NCBI GenBank assembly: GCA_047967505.1
Contig: CM106538.1
Source of the DNA: Dipteris shenzhenensis
Taxonomy: Eukaryota
Strand: one strand, 5' to 3'
DNA: 64,000 nucleotides
Part shown: in pieces, positions 36,944 through 51,295 of the stretch
Layout: each line of letters opens with the position of its first letter
Position numbering within the stretch: position 1 is the first letter of the stretch
Notes under the pieces: model-generated
Told to the model about the DNA's origin: nothing
What the model saw: only the letters and a program-made list of their open reading frames with translations
Databases searched by the model: none
Program-made: the position numbers and the translations under genes

Positions 36944-39900
36944 ATGTCTTCCTCTTCAACAAGTAGCTCCAGTGAGGATGAATCCCTCCGTATCCACCAT
37001 CGCGAAATGTGGTTGGAGCCAAAAATCAATCAAATGTATGTGTGATCGATGTCGAGGAAACATGTATCGTGCATGCAGCAAGATTACACTCAATCACATC
37101 TCAAAGTATGGAGAATGGGATGCAACCGTAAACATGGTAAGTGTTAAAGAGTTAAGGTTGATTGAGATACCTATGCGTGTTCATATGTTTGAGTTATGAT
37201 CCCATTTTAATTTGATACAGGATGCAGTGCCACACCCGCATATGTTGCCCTATGCTCGTCGTGAGGAGGTGAAGCGTCGACGATATGAGGTGGGATCTTC
37301 AGGAGGGACCGTTACGGATGCATGGAGTGATGGTGATAGTAGCCCTCTTCCATTACCTCATGAAGCCGTGGAGGAGGAGGTGTTTGATGATATGGTGCGG
37401 GATTTATATGTCCATCAAGGGAGGGATGATAGCATGGAGCAGGATGATCTTTTTACTGCAGCATCGACTCCACTGTTTGATGGGTGCACTTTCTCTATTC
37501 TACGTGCCTCCCTTGAGTTACTAAACTTGCAAACCATCTATGGATGGAGCAATGCAAGTTTGAATGCATTACTCAAGTAAGCTTTAAAGTCTATTTTGCA
37601 AACATGGTGAATTATGCTAGTGGGTCAATTACTCGAATGCTTTTCCTCATTTATGGTCTTCACATGCAGGCTATTGTGTAAAATGCTTCCAAGGGAGAAT
37701 AAATTACCGACCTCAAGAGATACGGCAAGGCAACATGTGACCTCTCTTGGAGGATTAGATTACAAGCGCATCCATGCATGTGTCAATGATTGCGTTTTGT
37801 TTCGTGGACTACATAAGGATGCAAGAGAGTGTCCTACTTGTGGAGAGGCAAGATATAGAGCAGATCTCAAAACTTTGGACGTGCCTCGTAAGGTTCTACG
37901 ACATTTTCCCATAATCCCTCGCATCCAACATATGTTCAAGTGCAAATCTATTGCAGAGCTCATGTCATGGCATTCCTCCCATCGATCAACTGATGGCAAA
38001 TTGAGAACTCCCGCGGACTCTCCTGCATGGAAGCATATTGAAGACACATGGCCAAGCTTCAAGGAAGAACCTAGGAGCTTGAGACTTGGATTGGGTATGG
38101 ACGGTGTGAACCCATTTGGTCTCAAAAGCACCTCTTACAGTGTATGGCCAGTGATATTGGTGAATTATAATCTTCCACCCTCTATGGCTATTAAGAAAGG
38201 ACATGTTATGCTATCCCTTCTAGTTCCAGGGAAACATAAAGTCAAAAACCTTGATGTTTATTTGGAGCCTTTGATTGATGAGCTAGAGATACTTTGGAGA
38301 GGTATTGAGGTGCATGATGTGAGTAGGCCTCCCTCGTCATGAGACTTCAACTGCAAAGTAGTCTTGATGTGGATGATGCTTGACTTCCCATGATATGGCG
38401 AGTGTTTAGGTAAGCATTGCACTTCTAATTATGAATAGGCAAAGGATGTGGTACCCTAAACCCACCTTCAACTCTTAATTGCATCTATTGTTCAGGTCTC
38501 ACTACATCGGGTTACCATGCATGTCCTGTTTGTGGTCCTTCGCTAGTTGCCTCACGGGCAGACGCATTGAATAAGGTCATCTATGAGAATCACCATTGAT
38601 TTCTCCCACCTGATCATCCTAGATATGTTGCCCCTTGGAATGAAGTCCTCCCACAATCACTCACCACGGGAGATTGGATGAGAATTTGGGACAGTTCCAC
38701 GACTCCTCCACCACTTGGCATGAGCCGGTAAGGGTTTGTAACTATTGTGTGCTATATTGGTTGGAAATAAAGATTGCCCGCTAACACTTTATTTTGTTTA
38801 GATACTCCATCTTTTATCGTTTATCATATTGGTCCCACCTCAAGATCAATCACCTGCTTGATCCCATGCATATCTTCAAGAATGTGGCATCTACCATTTG
38901 GGAGCATTTGAATGGGACACGAGATTCCACAGGCATAAGGGAGGATCTACGTACCACAGGGAGGATGCGTGAAGTTGGCCACAAGAGAGACCAAATGGGC
39001 GTGTTTTTTTACCTCTTGCACCATGGATGTTATCAAAGCTAGAGATGGCGACAGTGAAGCACACTATTACTACAATTCGTACTCCCACTGGATGCATGAG
39101 GTGTTTGAAGGGAGCCCTTACAAAGAGCAAGAAAAGACGTGTAGAGCAATTATATGGCTTGAAATCTCATGATTGGCACAAGATGCTCCAAGTAAGTATT
39201 TTATGTGCATAATATCTTTTTCCTTTCAAATTTGTGAGTGAATAATTATAAGCAACTAATCAACCAACTCCTCGACGTGGGTTCAGTTCATACTACCTAC
39301 TAGCATTTCACGTAGTGCATCAAAGGACGTGAAAGATTGTATTTACAAGATGGGCGAGCTTGTGAGGTACTTTACATGATACAAAATATGATGCGTATCA
39401 ATGCTCCATGCAAGTTTGAATGCATATTGCTAATATGGTGTACTTTTTTATTTCTAGGTATGTGAGCTCAAAGGAAATAGATCCCACCACGCTTGAGAAT
39501 GCTCAAGTTATGTCAGTGGAGGTGGTTTGTTTAGTGGAGGAGACATTTCTACGTTCTATTCTCACAAGCCAACTACATCTTATAGTGCATTTGGTGGATG
39601 AGATTGCTATATGCGGTACTATACATGCACGATGGTTGTTCTTCCTCGAGTGCTTCATGAAGACCTTGAAGGGCTTCATGAGACAAAACACAAGACCCGA
39701 AGGTAGCATGGCCGAGGGTTGGTTGGTAGAAGAGTCACTTGTATATATTTATGAGTTTCTTGTTGATGTGGATAGCTCTCTCCCACAACTATGGAGAGAT
39801 GATGAAGACCTAAGGATGACCTCTATTGTGCCTCAAGGGAAAGGACGCAACAAAGTAATAGACATGGAGTTGCATAATAGTATCAACCTCTTTTGCATGC

Positions 39901-41006
39901 TTAATAGTGATGTGATGAAAAGATGGGTGACAAGATACGAGGATGCAAAGTCAAGAAGACAAGAAGAAAGGGCCCTCTTTCGTACACACCACATATCTCG
40001 TGTGCCATACCCTCAGTATCTAAGAGCACTTCCAAAGGATATTCATGTGGATTGGCTACTTGATGAAATGGAGAAAGCAGAGAAAGACGAGGGGATGCAT
40101 ATCACAATGGAAGAATGGGAGTATGCTAGGGGATGCATGAGTAAGGTCGGTATATAGAATGTTATGCATAAGTTAGGATCTTCCAATAATTTAGATTGCT
40201 TATTTAATTGATTTTTTCTTGGTGTAGTGCACTATGTTCAATGCTATATGGTGTGAGGGCAAGCATTTTCGAACACAAAGGATTGATGATAAGAGAAACA
40301 CACAAGATTGCGGTGTCATTGCTAGCTTTGATGGAGCCAATGGAGCCATGGATGATTATTGTGGCATAATCCAAGATATTATTATGCTTGACTTTCGACG
40401 CTTCTTTGTGTATGTTTTGGATGTAAAGTGGTTTAAGGACGTGGTGGAAAGAGGCCCTAATGCAACAATCAAACGCCATGCAAGTGGCTTTGTAACTATT
40501 GACTCCACAAAGTTTTGGCAAAGTAGGAAGGACACACTAGTACTACTGCAACAATGTGAACAGGTACTGTGCACACATATAAAAATACTTGCTTTTATAT
40601 ATTTGATGCAAGAAAAATAACATGATTGTATTTGTGTTTGAATTAGGTTGTCTATCAACCAATGGTGGATAATAATAGATGGTGGCATGTCATACCTATT
40701 ATGCCATGTTCCAAAGTGATGTATAGTACATTTACTAATATGGAGCGTATGGAGGATGATCATGGCCATGGATGTGATGATGACTGTGATACGAGAGAGG
40801 AGGATGATCATGAGATAGGAGATACAGATATTGAGGCCATTACCCGTGAGGACGAGCCTACCATTGGTGATGCTAATTTCAATGAGTACATGAGTAGCAC
40901 AAGTAGTAGTGGGTTGAATGTATTTGTAGATCTAAACACTTGTTTGGATTTTGAAGTAGATAGTTTGGCAAGGGTTGATCTCATTGAGGATGAGATTGAA
41001 CCGTAG
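36944..41006 (+). pseudogene. TnpD-like transposase, B2 copy
   Basis: Same motifs as B1; premature TGA at 38340 and 38391. Confidence 0.92.
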
Positions 41007-42013
41007 CCCCATCATTGATATTGGCAAAACTATTTTACATATTGTCTCATTCTCCTCACCTCACTGAATTCTTGTATATGTGGGCTTGCAAAAAAGCATT
41101 GATGTTCTGTTAAAATTATGTGCTTTGGTAATCATGGGAAATGTTTGGAAAGCAATGATGTACACCAAAATCTCAGTTTCTGTATTCTCTGGTTTGCGTC
41201 TAACTATGCGTCTAAATGCGCGTCTAATTCTCAGTGTAAACGCGCAAATAAACGCGTTAATACACGTGCAAATAGACGCGCTGATAAACGTGATGTTAGA
41301 CAGGCCTGTATTTTCTTAGATTAGACATGCAATTAGACGTGTTAATACATGCGCAAATAGACGAGTTGTTAGACGCGCTTTTAGATGCACTCGTAATTCC
41401 TCTACTAAAGCAACGCCTATAGATGCGTCCGCTATTTTGCGCGTCTACCAAGCGGGTCTATAGTTGCTTTGTGTTGTTGTGAGCACGTCTATATAGCAGA
41501 CAAATGCGCATATAGATGCTCATCTAGAGGCGTAAATAGATGCTCTGCTAAAAAATTTAAATGACAGATAGATGCATCGTTAAACACGTGTATAGACACA
41601 TTTATAAATGGTCTTATAGACGCGTTTATAGACGTGCAAATAGATGCTTCTCGAACAGATAGACTCGTATATAGACGCGCTTATAGACGCACTGAAAGAC
41701 GCACTACATAATATTTTTTTTAAATTTACAGAATGCTGTGTATGCTATATAGTTACAAGAATCCCATTTCCACATTGTGTAATTTAATCCTTACAGCCAA
41801 CCGCATTTTAATTACAATTCCAAATAAAACATTACAACTCCAAAACACAATAAAATTGAAAGCTCAAAAAGTGCTTGTATGTACATATAGCACGAAGCTA
41901 AGCAACGTCATGTGGCTTCAAGTACAAAAATAAGAGGAGTGTATATACAATAGGCACGAAGCCAAGCCAATGGATTTAAGTACAAAAAAGATTAGCTAGC
42001 ACTACTTCTACGA

Positions 42014-43504
42014 CTAATCTATGTTCTCCACATCCTTGCTCCCTTCCACACTCCCTTTTGCGCTCCCTTCTATGCTCCCTTCTCCGCTTCCTTCCTCGTC
42101 TTCTTCCTCCTCTTCTTGTGCAGGGACCTATAAACAAGGGACAATTACATATATCAATGTATGAAAAATCAAATCTTTACTTATAATATTGACATTATTT
42201 AATTACTTTCAAATACCTCGGGGGCCGCTCCAGTAGCCTGGATATACTGCTCCTCAGTAATCAACCCGTCATGATAGAAGTGCTTCCATGTATCTCCTCT
42301 GTGATGGTGGGGGTGGTAGGCTATCTCGACAGGAGTAGGGTATCTCCCACGATATCAAGCTGCAAGATGACACAATTTGCGGAGGGGTTAGTACAAAGAA
42401 ACAACCTCCTAATAAACTACATAAGCAATATAATTTGAGATCGATACTTACAAATTGGGCCTCCCATGATTCAACACCCCCTGCTCCAAAATGCACGCTT
42501 TCATATTGCTCCATCTTGATCCTTCGTGCCTCCACGTGCTGCAAACTGGGGTCCTCCCTCGCTGACTTCATTGCTTTCTTCCACTCATGCTTGTGAGCAG
42601 TGTGGGGCGGGCCCCTTAGTGGTCGACCTCCCTCGAGCCTGGAAAGCTCTGCTAGTGCTTGCCTCTTAAGTGAAGATCTTTTATTGCCAAGTATCGTAAC
42701 AATCTTTGACTTGGCCCATTTATCTGTGAACTGACGATTGGGGGGGTTAGGATACCTAGAGCGAACAGCAGTGAGGGTCTCATCAGCCAACCTCTTTGGC
42801 TGGTCTTTGTAGTGGATAAAGCAATTTCTGTAATTGTTAGCAATTAGAGAGCGCATGAAGGCCATGATGTCCTTCCCCCGTGCATCCATCAAGATGCCTC
42901 CTCTTTGAGTGATGTCATAGAATATTGTACCATCACCCGGAGGCACGTCTAAATCATCTGAATCATCATCGTCCCCACCACCATCCCTCCCAAAGCATCC
43001 CCCACAGCTCTCCCTGCTACTACGACTGCTACCGTGTCATGTCGAGCTAGTACTCTAGCCACTCGTAGCTCGAGACTGCACAGGAGTACGCCGACGGCTC
43101 TACAAGAGAACCGAGTCCCGACTGCACAGGAGTACGCCGACGGCTCTACAAGACAGAAGGACCTCCTGACGGCATGGGGGAAGGGGCATAAGATGGCATT
43201 GCGGAAGGGGCATAAGACGGCATGGGGGAAGGGGCATAAGATGGCATGGAGGAAGGGGCATAAGACGGCATGGGAGAAGGGCCTCAGCTATGTAGCTGGC
43301 TGGGCTATGCTGACTCCGCTGGAGTAATCTCAGGTGGTGTGGGGTGGTTTGGAGTCTATAGTGCCGACTCCTGGGGGTGTTTAGAGTACCCGTCATATAC
43401 CCATATAACTCCACAGGACTAGGAGGGTGCCCTAAAAGGTTATATAAGTCTCTAAAAATAGACTCTCAGAGATCAGGTGAGCCCGAAGAGCTTCCTGGCC
43501 ACAT
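42014..43504 (-). pseudogene. Family B second gene, B3 copy
   Basis: ORF 42269-42946 with FYDITQRGG, RYPNPPN, HFGAGG; frameshifted upstream. Confidence 0.72.
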
Positions 43505-45688
43505 GATGAACTAGAAAAAAGAAAAAAAGACGATTACTGATGAGCCGAGAAGAAAGAGAAAGGGAAGAAAAGATTACTGTCGGAGCGTGTCTATAGACGC
43601 GTCTGAGAAGTGTGTCTATTTTTCCGTATAACAGTGCGTCTATAGACGCGGCTGTCTCTGTCTCCAAACAGGCGTGTCTATAGACGCGCTCCGACAGACG
43701 GAATTTTCTAAAAAGTAGAAAAGGACATGCGCCCGACACAAAAACATAACACTGATACCAAAATCATGCATTTCTTGGATACAACAAAGTACAAATCCAA
43801 AGAGAGCAAACTTCCAAAAAAGATCAACTGTAAAAAGACTTACCTTGGATAGAGGTATGGAAGCTTCTTCTTCTTTTTCAAAGTTCCTTCTTTTCCTTGT
43901 TCACCCTCTTCTCCTTTAAGCTTGGAAGTAAGTGTGGGTGCCTTCCTCTTAAGTGTAAGCTTGGAAGTAAGTGTGGGTGCCTTCCTCTTAAGTGTCGAAA
44001 CTGTGGATCTGCTAATAGCAAGCTGCACGAAGTATAAGTAATGTGAAGAAAAGCAAAGCGAGCATGCTTAAAGAAGATTTAAAAACCACATCTATAGGCA
44101 CGTCTAATAGCGCGTTTATACAGGCATCTAAATACATAGAGCAGACGCGATTTGAGACCTGCTTGTAGACACGTACCAAATAACAGACAGACATGGTTTT
44201 AGATGCACTTGTAGAAGCGCACCACAGAATAGATGCACGGTTTTAGACACACCACAGAGTTTAAAATTAAATATTTGAAGAAAAACAATTTTTTTTGGGT
44301 TGTTTGTTTGTAGGATGTCTTCATCTTCAACAAGTAGCTCTAGTGAGGATGAATCCCTCCGTATCCACCATCGCGAAATGTGGTTGGAGTAAAAAATCAA
44401 ATGTATGTGTGATCGATGTCAAGGAAACATGTATCGTGCATGCAGGATTACACTCAATCACATCTCAAAGTATGGAGAATGGGATGCGACCGTAATCATG
44501 GTAACTGTTAAAGAGTTAAGGTTGATTGAGATACCTATGGGTGTTCATATGTTTGAGTTATGATCCCGTTTTAATTTGATACAGGATGCAATGCCACACC
44601 CGCATTTGGACATCTGAAAGTATCGAACAATTGAGCATCCCTGAAGTATCGAACAACTGGGTAGCCAGAAGTACCGAACATCTCAAAATACGAGCCCATA
44701 ATGATCCTGCAAATCAAGAACCAATAATCTAGAAACACAATGAGCATCCACACTTTCGAAAGTACCAAACAATTGAGCATCCCAGAAGTACTGAACAATT
44801 GGGCCGTCGGAAGTACCGAACAACCAGAAATACGAACAATTGGGCATCCCAGAAGTACCAAACACTAGAAAGCCAGAAGTATCGAACAACAAAAAATACA
44901 ACGAGAATAAGCCACACACATATGACAAGAGGCAAGCTTGTGTGGATTAGACACAGCTTACATAATCATAGCTTGAATGAAATAACAATCTCTTTGCATT
45001 TGATAGTACCGAACAATCGGAAAGACGAGCATCCGAGATTACAAAAAACATCCAGAAGTAAGCAAGAAAATGGGCATCCGGGAACGATAATCACGCCCAA
45101 ACAAGTACTCAATAGTAATGCATATGTGCCACATCCAAATGAGTACTTAAAATATAATCCATATGTGCCATGTCCAAACGAGTACTCAAGAAGTAATCCA
45201 TATGTATTCATCTGAAAGAGGTTGAACCTTGCCACGTGCAAATGAGTATGCAATATGACCATGTCAAAATGAGTACTCAATAAGTAATCAATATGTGTAC
45301 ATCCTGAAAGCCAGATAATATATGTGTCACATCCAAATGAGGACTTAGTAATAATCCATGTAGCACATCCAGACGAGTAAATATGTGTCACATCCAAACC
45401 AGGAGTCAGTAATAATCCATGTACCATGTCCGGACGAGTACTCAAGTAGTTAGCCATATGCCACGTCCAAATAAGTACTCAAAAAATTATCCATATGTGT
45501 TCATAAATATTGTCATGTGAAAGACATTGAACCTTGCCACATTGAAACGAGTATGCAATGAGTAATCCATAGATGCCACAGCCAAACCAATACTCTTTAA
45601 GTCAGCCATAGGTATTCATCATGAAAGACATATAAGTATACCTCACCACATAAATGGCAAAATAAAATTATGCCTTGCTTGAACCAAT

Positions 45689-46504
45689 CACAACAAGACA
45701 AAGCACCCACAGACGTGTACACAGATGTGTTTACTAAGCTTTAAAAAAAACTTACGGGCGCATCTATTTGCATGTCTATTTTTGCATCTAGAGACCCGTG
45801 TCTAACAACGCATCTATATAGCAGACAAACACGCGTATAGACGCGCACCTAGACGCGTAAATAGATGCTCTGCTAAAAAATTTAAAAGACAGATAGACGC
45901 ATCGTTAAACGTGTGTATAGACACATTTATAGACAGTCTTATAGATGCGTTTATAGATGCACAAATAGACGCTTCTCGAACAGATAGATGCGTGTATAGA
46001 TGCGTTTATAAACACACTGATAGACGCGCTACATAATATATATTTTTTAATTTACAGAATGCTGTGTATGTTGTGTATGCTATATAGTTACAAGAATCCC
46101 ATTTCCACATTGTGTAATTCAATTCTTACAGCCAACCGCATTTTAATTACAATTTCAAATAAAACATTAAAACTCCAAAACGCAATAAAATTGAAAGCTC
46201 AAAAAGTGCTTGTATGTACATATAGCACAAAGCTAAGCCACGTCATGTGGCTTCAAGTACAAAAAATAAGAGGAGTGTGTATACAAGAGGCACGAAGCCA
46301 AGCCAGTAGCTTTAAGTATAAAAAAGATTAGCTAGCACTACTTCTACGACTAATCTATGTTCTCCATGTCCTTGCTCCCTTCCACGCTCCCTTTTGCACT
46401 CCCTTCTGCGCTCCCTTCTCCGCCTCCTTCCTCGTCTTCTTCCTTGTATTCTTGAGCAGGGACCTGTAAAGAAGGGACAACATATATCAATGTATGAAAA
46501 ATCA
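45689..46504 (+). mobile_element. Family B left-end fragment B4
   Basis: CACAACAAG after GAACCAAT (same site as 33666); breaks off at ~46504. Confidence 0.85.
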
Positions 46505-49500
46505 CCTTCATATGATAGACAACATATATCATATGAAAAATGACCGATTTCATGCAGTGTATATGAACACAACAAATATTCAAGTGTCCGTTTCTATTAT
46601 ATCAAGGATGAATGTATGAGGAAATTGCTTCAGTCACTCCGAATATGAGTATGGAGGGGCGATTTCACCACAAAGCCAAGGCTAAAATGTCTCTTGGGTA
46701 GTGTAAGAAAGCCATAGTAACACAATAGGAAGGCCCATAAAGTTACTGCAAATCAAGAACCAATAATCCAAAAACATAATGAAAATTTCGGCATCGTGAA
46801 GTATCGGATTTGATATGTCCATAAAGCCAGGGCTGAAATGTCACTTGTGTAGTGTAAGAAAGCCATAGCAACACAAAAGAAAGGCCCATAATGATCTTGC
46901 AAATCAAGAACCAATAATCTACAAACACAACGAGCATCCGGACATCTGAAAGTACCCAACAATTGAGCATCCCAGAAGTACCAAACAAGTGGGTAGTCGG
47001 AAGTACCGAACAGCCAAAAATATGAGCCCATAATGATCCTGCAAATCAAGAACCAATAATCTAGAAACACAATGAGCATCCAGACATCCAAAAGTACCAA
47101 ACAATTGAGCATCCTAGAAGTACCAAACAACTAGGCCACTAGAAGTACCGAACAACCAAAAATATGAACAATTGGGCATCCTAGAAGTACCGAACAACTG
47201 GGCAGCCAGAAGTATTGAACAACAAAAAATACAACGAGAATAAGCCACACATATATGACAAGTGGCAAGCTTGTGTGGATTAGACACAGCTTACATAATC
47301 ATAGCGAGAATGAAATAACAACCTCTTTGCATCCAAAAGTACCGAACAACCGGAAAGACGAGCATCCGAGATTACAAAGAACATCCAGAAGTAACCAAGA
47401 AAATGGGCATCCAAGAATGGTGATCACGTCCAAAAAAGTACTCAACAGTAATGCATATGTGCCAAGTCCAAATGAGTACTTAATAAATTTTCCATATGTG
47501 CCATGTCCAAATGAGTACTCAAGAAGTAATCCATAAGTATCCATCTGAAAGACGTTGAACCTTGCCACATGCAAATGAGTATGCAATATGACCATGTCAA
47601 AATGAGGACTCAATAAGTAATCCATATGTGTCCATTGTGAAAGCCAGATAAATATGTGTCACATCCAAACGAGGACTTAGTAATAATCCACGTACCACAT
47701 CCAGATGAGTAAATATGTGTCACATCCAAAGGAGGAGTTAGTAATAATCCATGTACCACAACCAGACGAGTACTCAAGTAGCTAGCCATATGCGACGTCC
47801 AAATGAGTACTCAAGCAATTAGCCATATGTGTTCATAAGTATTGTCACCTAAAAGATGTTGAACCTTGCCACGTTCAAATGAGTATGCAATAAGTAATCC
47901 ATATAAAGGGCAAAATAAAAGTATGCCTTGCTTGAACCAATAAGTAAATACATACCATAAGTCATCAATAAGTTAATGAAAAAGAAGGAACAAATCGTTG
48001 GTCTAGCAAGACCTTGCATGCACTCATAAATATAGATGATTATGAAAAACAAAGTAGATGTACTCATCTTGTAGGTATCGAATGTGCATTTAGTCCGTTG
48101 GATTGTATCTAGGCATCTGTGCAAACCTGCATGTACTTGGAGAAACATGGAAACTTGTAGCTATAGCTAAACTTGCTAGCAAAACATAATAATACATGTA
48201 TTATCATTGTGAATAAAGCACCAAGCATATGAATGTAGTGGAATACAAATAAGATAACCTTTCAAGTAGAATATCAAGAACAAAGCATTGTACTGAACTA
48301 CGATTATATCATGGTTCCCAATCATGTACAACATTAAAGAAAGTTGGTTTTTCTCTATATCAACACGCAAAGAAAAGCTCCAACACATAGATGTATGTCA
48401 TAGTAATTGCTGAAAGACAATCAAGTTTTGTGAGGCACCCAAGTATAGATATTGGCAGAGCTCTTTGGTTGAAGTATGTTCTATGAATGTTGAGTATCAA
48501 AGCACTTACACAAAGACTGAGCAATCGATGAACTAAATAAGAAACTAGTCAGTAAAGGATGCACTAAATAAAAACTAGCTTAAAATATGTGAAGCATCAT
48601 TGGCTTTTACTTTTGCAAAAGCAGTATGAAACCACGAGTGCTGAAGCGCTATAATCTTCTTTTCACTGATGACCTAATAGAAATAAAAAATTGCTTTCAT
48701 ATGATAGATAACCTTTTGTCCAAGTGATTTTCTCAATCAACTTTCTGGTCTATTGAACGTATATAATTATCACTGCAAAAGCATGTAGATTGGGCTACCT
48801 TACTCTTAACAACAAGATTGAGACTCTACTTGGTATCGATTAGATAAGATCTTGATCCCTAAAGATTGACTATGATTACAACAACGATCCTACACTCTTG
48901 GTTCTTATGGATATGATCGATGGGTGTTGGGTCTCCTCTTCATCTAAATTTTTATGGAGTCCTATAGCTAAAGAAGTTTTCTTTATGTGATTGAGCATCT
49001 TATTTCTTCATGTGGGAATGTAAAAGCATGATATGCCAGTGTGTTAAATCCAAGGGAACACAAATACTAAGTGCAAGATGGTGTGATCAACTGGTGGATA
49101 CTGAAAGCGGGAGGGCAACACCGTATCAGGAAGCTTCTTATCATTAAGTATATTTTTTCATTGCTTTTGCTTTTGCTTCAAATATTGTTGGTTCTATGAA
49201 AGTATGAACCTTTTCCATCCTCATGTCCTAGATCAAGTATTCTCTTTTATAATGTTCATCTTCCTGTCCAAATTAGACTCTTCTACCAGTTTATTGACAT
49301 CAGACATAAAAAAGAAATAACCATAACTTTCTTACCTGAAATAAAAATATAGTGATCCAACCAGTCAAAATAACTGATGCATATGCTTGAAACAAGATAG
49401 CATGGGCTGTTTTGATCAATCATGACCATAACACTGATTTGCGATGCATCTTTGATAACTTTTGCATATCAACTCAAAACATAGCAATCAAGTAGTCAAA

Positions 49501-49605
49501 ACGATCAGAAAGAATGTTATGTGAATGATCATGTTGCCAGATTGACAAAAAACATATCACTTTCTCCTCACAGTCACGCTAGAGCGAAGCCAAGCTCTGA
49601 TACCA

Positions 49606-49807
49606 TGCTGAGGGGAAGAGAAAGAAGAGAGAGACGAACACAAGAGTTGTGTTGAGAGGAAGAGAAAGAGGAGAGAGACCAACACAAGAGTTGTGTCGAG
49701 AGGAAGAGAAAGAGGAGAGAGACCAACCCAAGAAAGTGATTCTATTTATAGATCATAGGCATATATATAGTTGAGGACTATAGGGTGAGCTATATATAGC
49801 TCTAACA
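49606..49807 (-). repeat. LTR of the non-coding family (with internal ~43-bp triplication) and PBS
   Basis: TG...CA ends, GCTCTGATACCA adjacent, inverted match to the LTR at 11152-11286. Confidence 0.85.
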
Positions 49808-49809
49808 TA

Positions 49810-51295
49810 CTTTACAAATTCATAGAGAACAACAAAGCACATAAAGGAAAAAGTTGGCAAAGCATAGGAAAAAATGTTTGGATTTAAAAAAACCATGCTA
49901 CCTCACTTCATATGCACACTCCAAAAAACATAAAGGAGGAAAACTTCATCCAATGGCATGTTGTTGGAGCGTTGGTGTGCAACGGTGTCTTGTCATCAAG
50001 ATTGTTCATCAATTTTCCAAACATTCATAATGATCCAAAATTGAAAGTTACATGGCCTGGTCAATTACCACCTATTCTTTACTTGCAGCTTGAAAATACA
50101 ATTAGAGAGAACAAAAATCAAGTTCTACTTGCATACTTGAACATGTGAGTGCACAGAGGGAGTTTCAAAAAAATAAAATTAGGTTCTTGCTAGTGGGACA
50201 CACACATGATCAGATTGATCAGATGTTTAGTAGATTTTCCATCAAACTTGCAAAGAAACGTTCCTTCGATGTTCTGCAAATTCGCAGTGTGCTAGAAGAT
50301 GCAATGTTCCAATGCCTACCATTGAAGGAATCAAGAAAAAAAGCTTTTTTAATTTGCTCTGCAATGTATGAGAAAAATGCAAAAAAGATGAGAACAGCTT
50401 CTTAATTTCAATTATGTACCCTTTAAAAATAATTAAAAAATCTTAAGAGAAACTAATGTACTCCCCCTTGTCTTCTTTGGTCTTTGCGGTGTCTCTTTTG
50501 CTTTTAATTCTGCAAAAATTTGATAAACACCCATTCTGTTCTTCTTAGGAATTTTCACATGAGAGAAATTTTCCTCTAGACTCTCACAAATGAGGGAAGC
50601 GAGAGAGAGTCTCGCATCTCTCCCTAAATGTATCTACATAAATATTGTAGACTTCCTTCTTTGTGAAACAATTTGGCAAATGATTGAATGTAGAATTTGG
50701 GAGGACTTCCCCATTGAGCAAGACAAAAATTTGAAGCCATTGTCTCAACAATGAAAGTTGTGATGTTTCTTGAGAACCATAAGTTGGATGAAACTCCTCA
50801 AGTCCTTCGCTTGAAATTATTTTCCCCATTCTTAAGTTTCCAAGGGAAAACACTTTCATGAAGATTTCTCTGCAAACCTTCATATTGCTAATAAAGTACT
50901 TAGATGCCAAGGAGGAGGAGGCTCTCACTAAAGTTCTCAAGAAGAAATTGTGTACTTATCATCTTTTGAACTCAAAGAATTAATGATGCCTTTCTTGCTT
51001 GAGTTTTTTAAATCCTAGTGACCTCAAGCATTTCTTTCTACAACAACTACAAAATGCTCTACTTGCATCATGAATGGAAATTCTTGAAAGTATCCATTCC
51101 TTCCTTGCACCTCTTGAAGTTCTTTGGTTAGCATTGCTAGTGTCAATTCTCAATGTGCATGTTGATTTCCCAAATGGAAGTCTCTTTGAGGAGGGGGTGT
51201 GGTCAATTGCTTCAATATCATTACTACAAGTAGAAGTTTGTGAAGGAGATGGACAAAAAGGGAGGACTTGCTAGGACTTATTCTGAGCTCCATGT
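49810..51295. pseudogene. Scrambled Sola-like (DUF7869-type) DDE transposase remnant
   Basis: Plus strand: LYLQLENTIRENKN and FLLVGHTHDQIDQMFSRFS. Minus strand: CCRKKCL, VCREIFMKVF, HLPNCFTKKEVYNIY. Superfamily assigned from remembered motifs only. Confidence 0.55.

Larger units (their letters stand above)
33787..41481 (+). mobile_element. Family B copy B2, full length, nested in B3
   Basis: CACAACAAG at 33787, ...GTTGTTGTG at 41481, TSD AGC at 33784-33786 and 41482-41484. Confidence 0.93.
33666..44605 (+). mobile_element. Family B copy B3 (left end 33666-33786 plus 41485-44605), truncated in the transposase 5' region and split by B2
   Basis: CACAACAAG at 33666. Sequence after 41484 continues the left-end sequence exactly as in B1 (~14704). 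Stops at 44605. Confidence 0.87.
31717..49807 (-). mobile_element. Non-autonomous (LARD-like) LTR element or composite of copies, interrupted by family B
   Basis: 5' LTR 49606-49807 with PBS at 49594-49605. PPT/3' leader at 31717-31800 resembles copia 12568-12650. No 3' LTR and no retro ORF seen. Confidence 0.6.
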
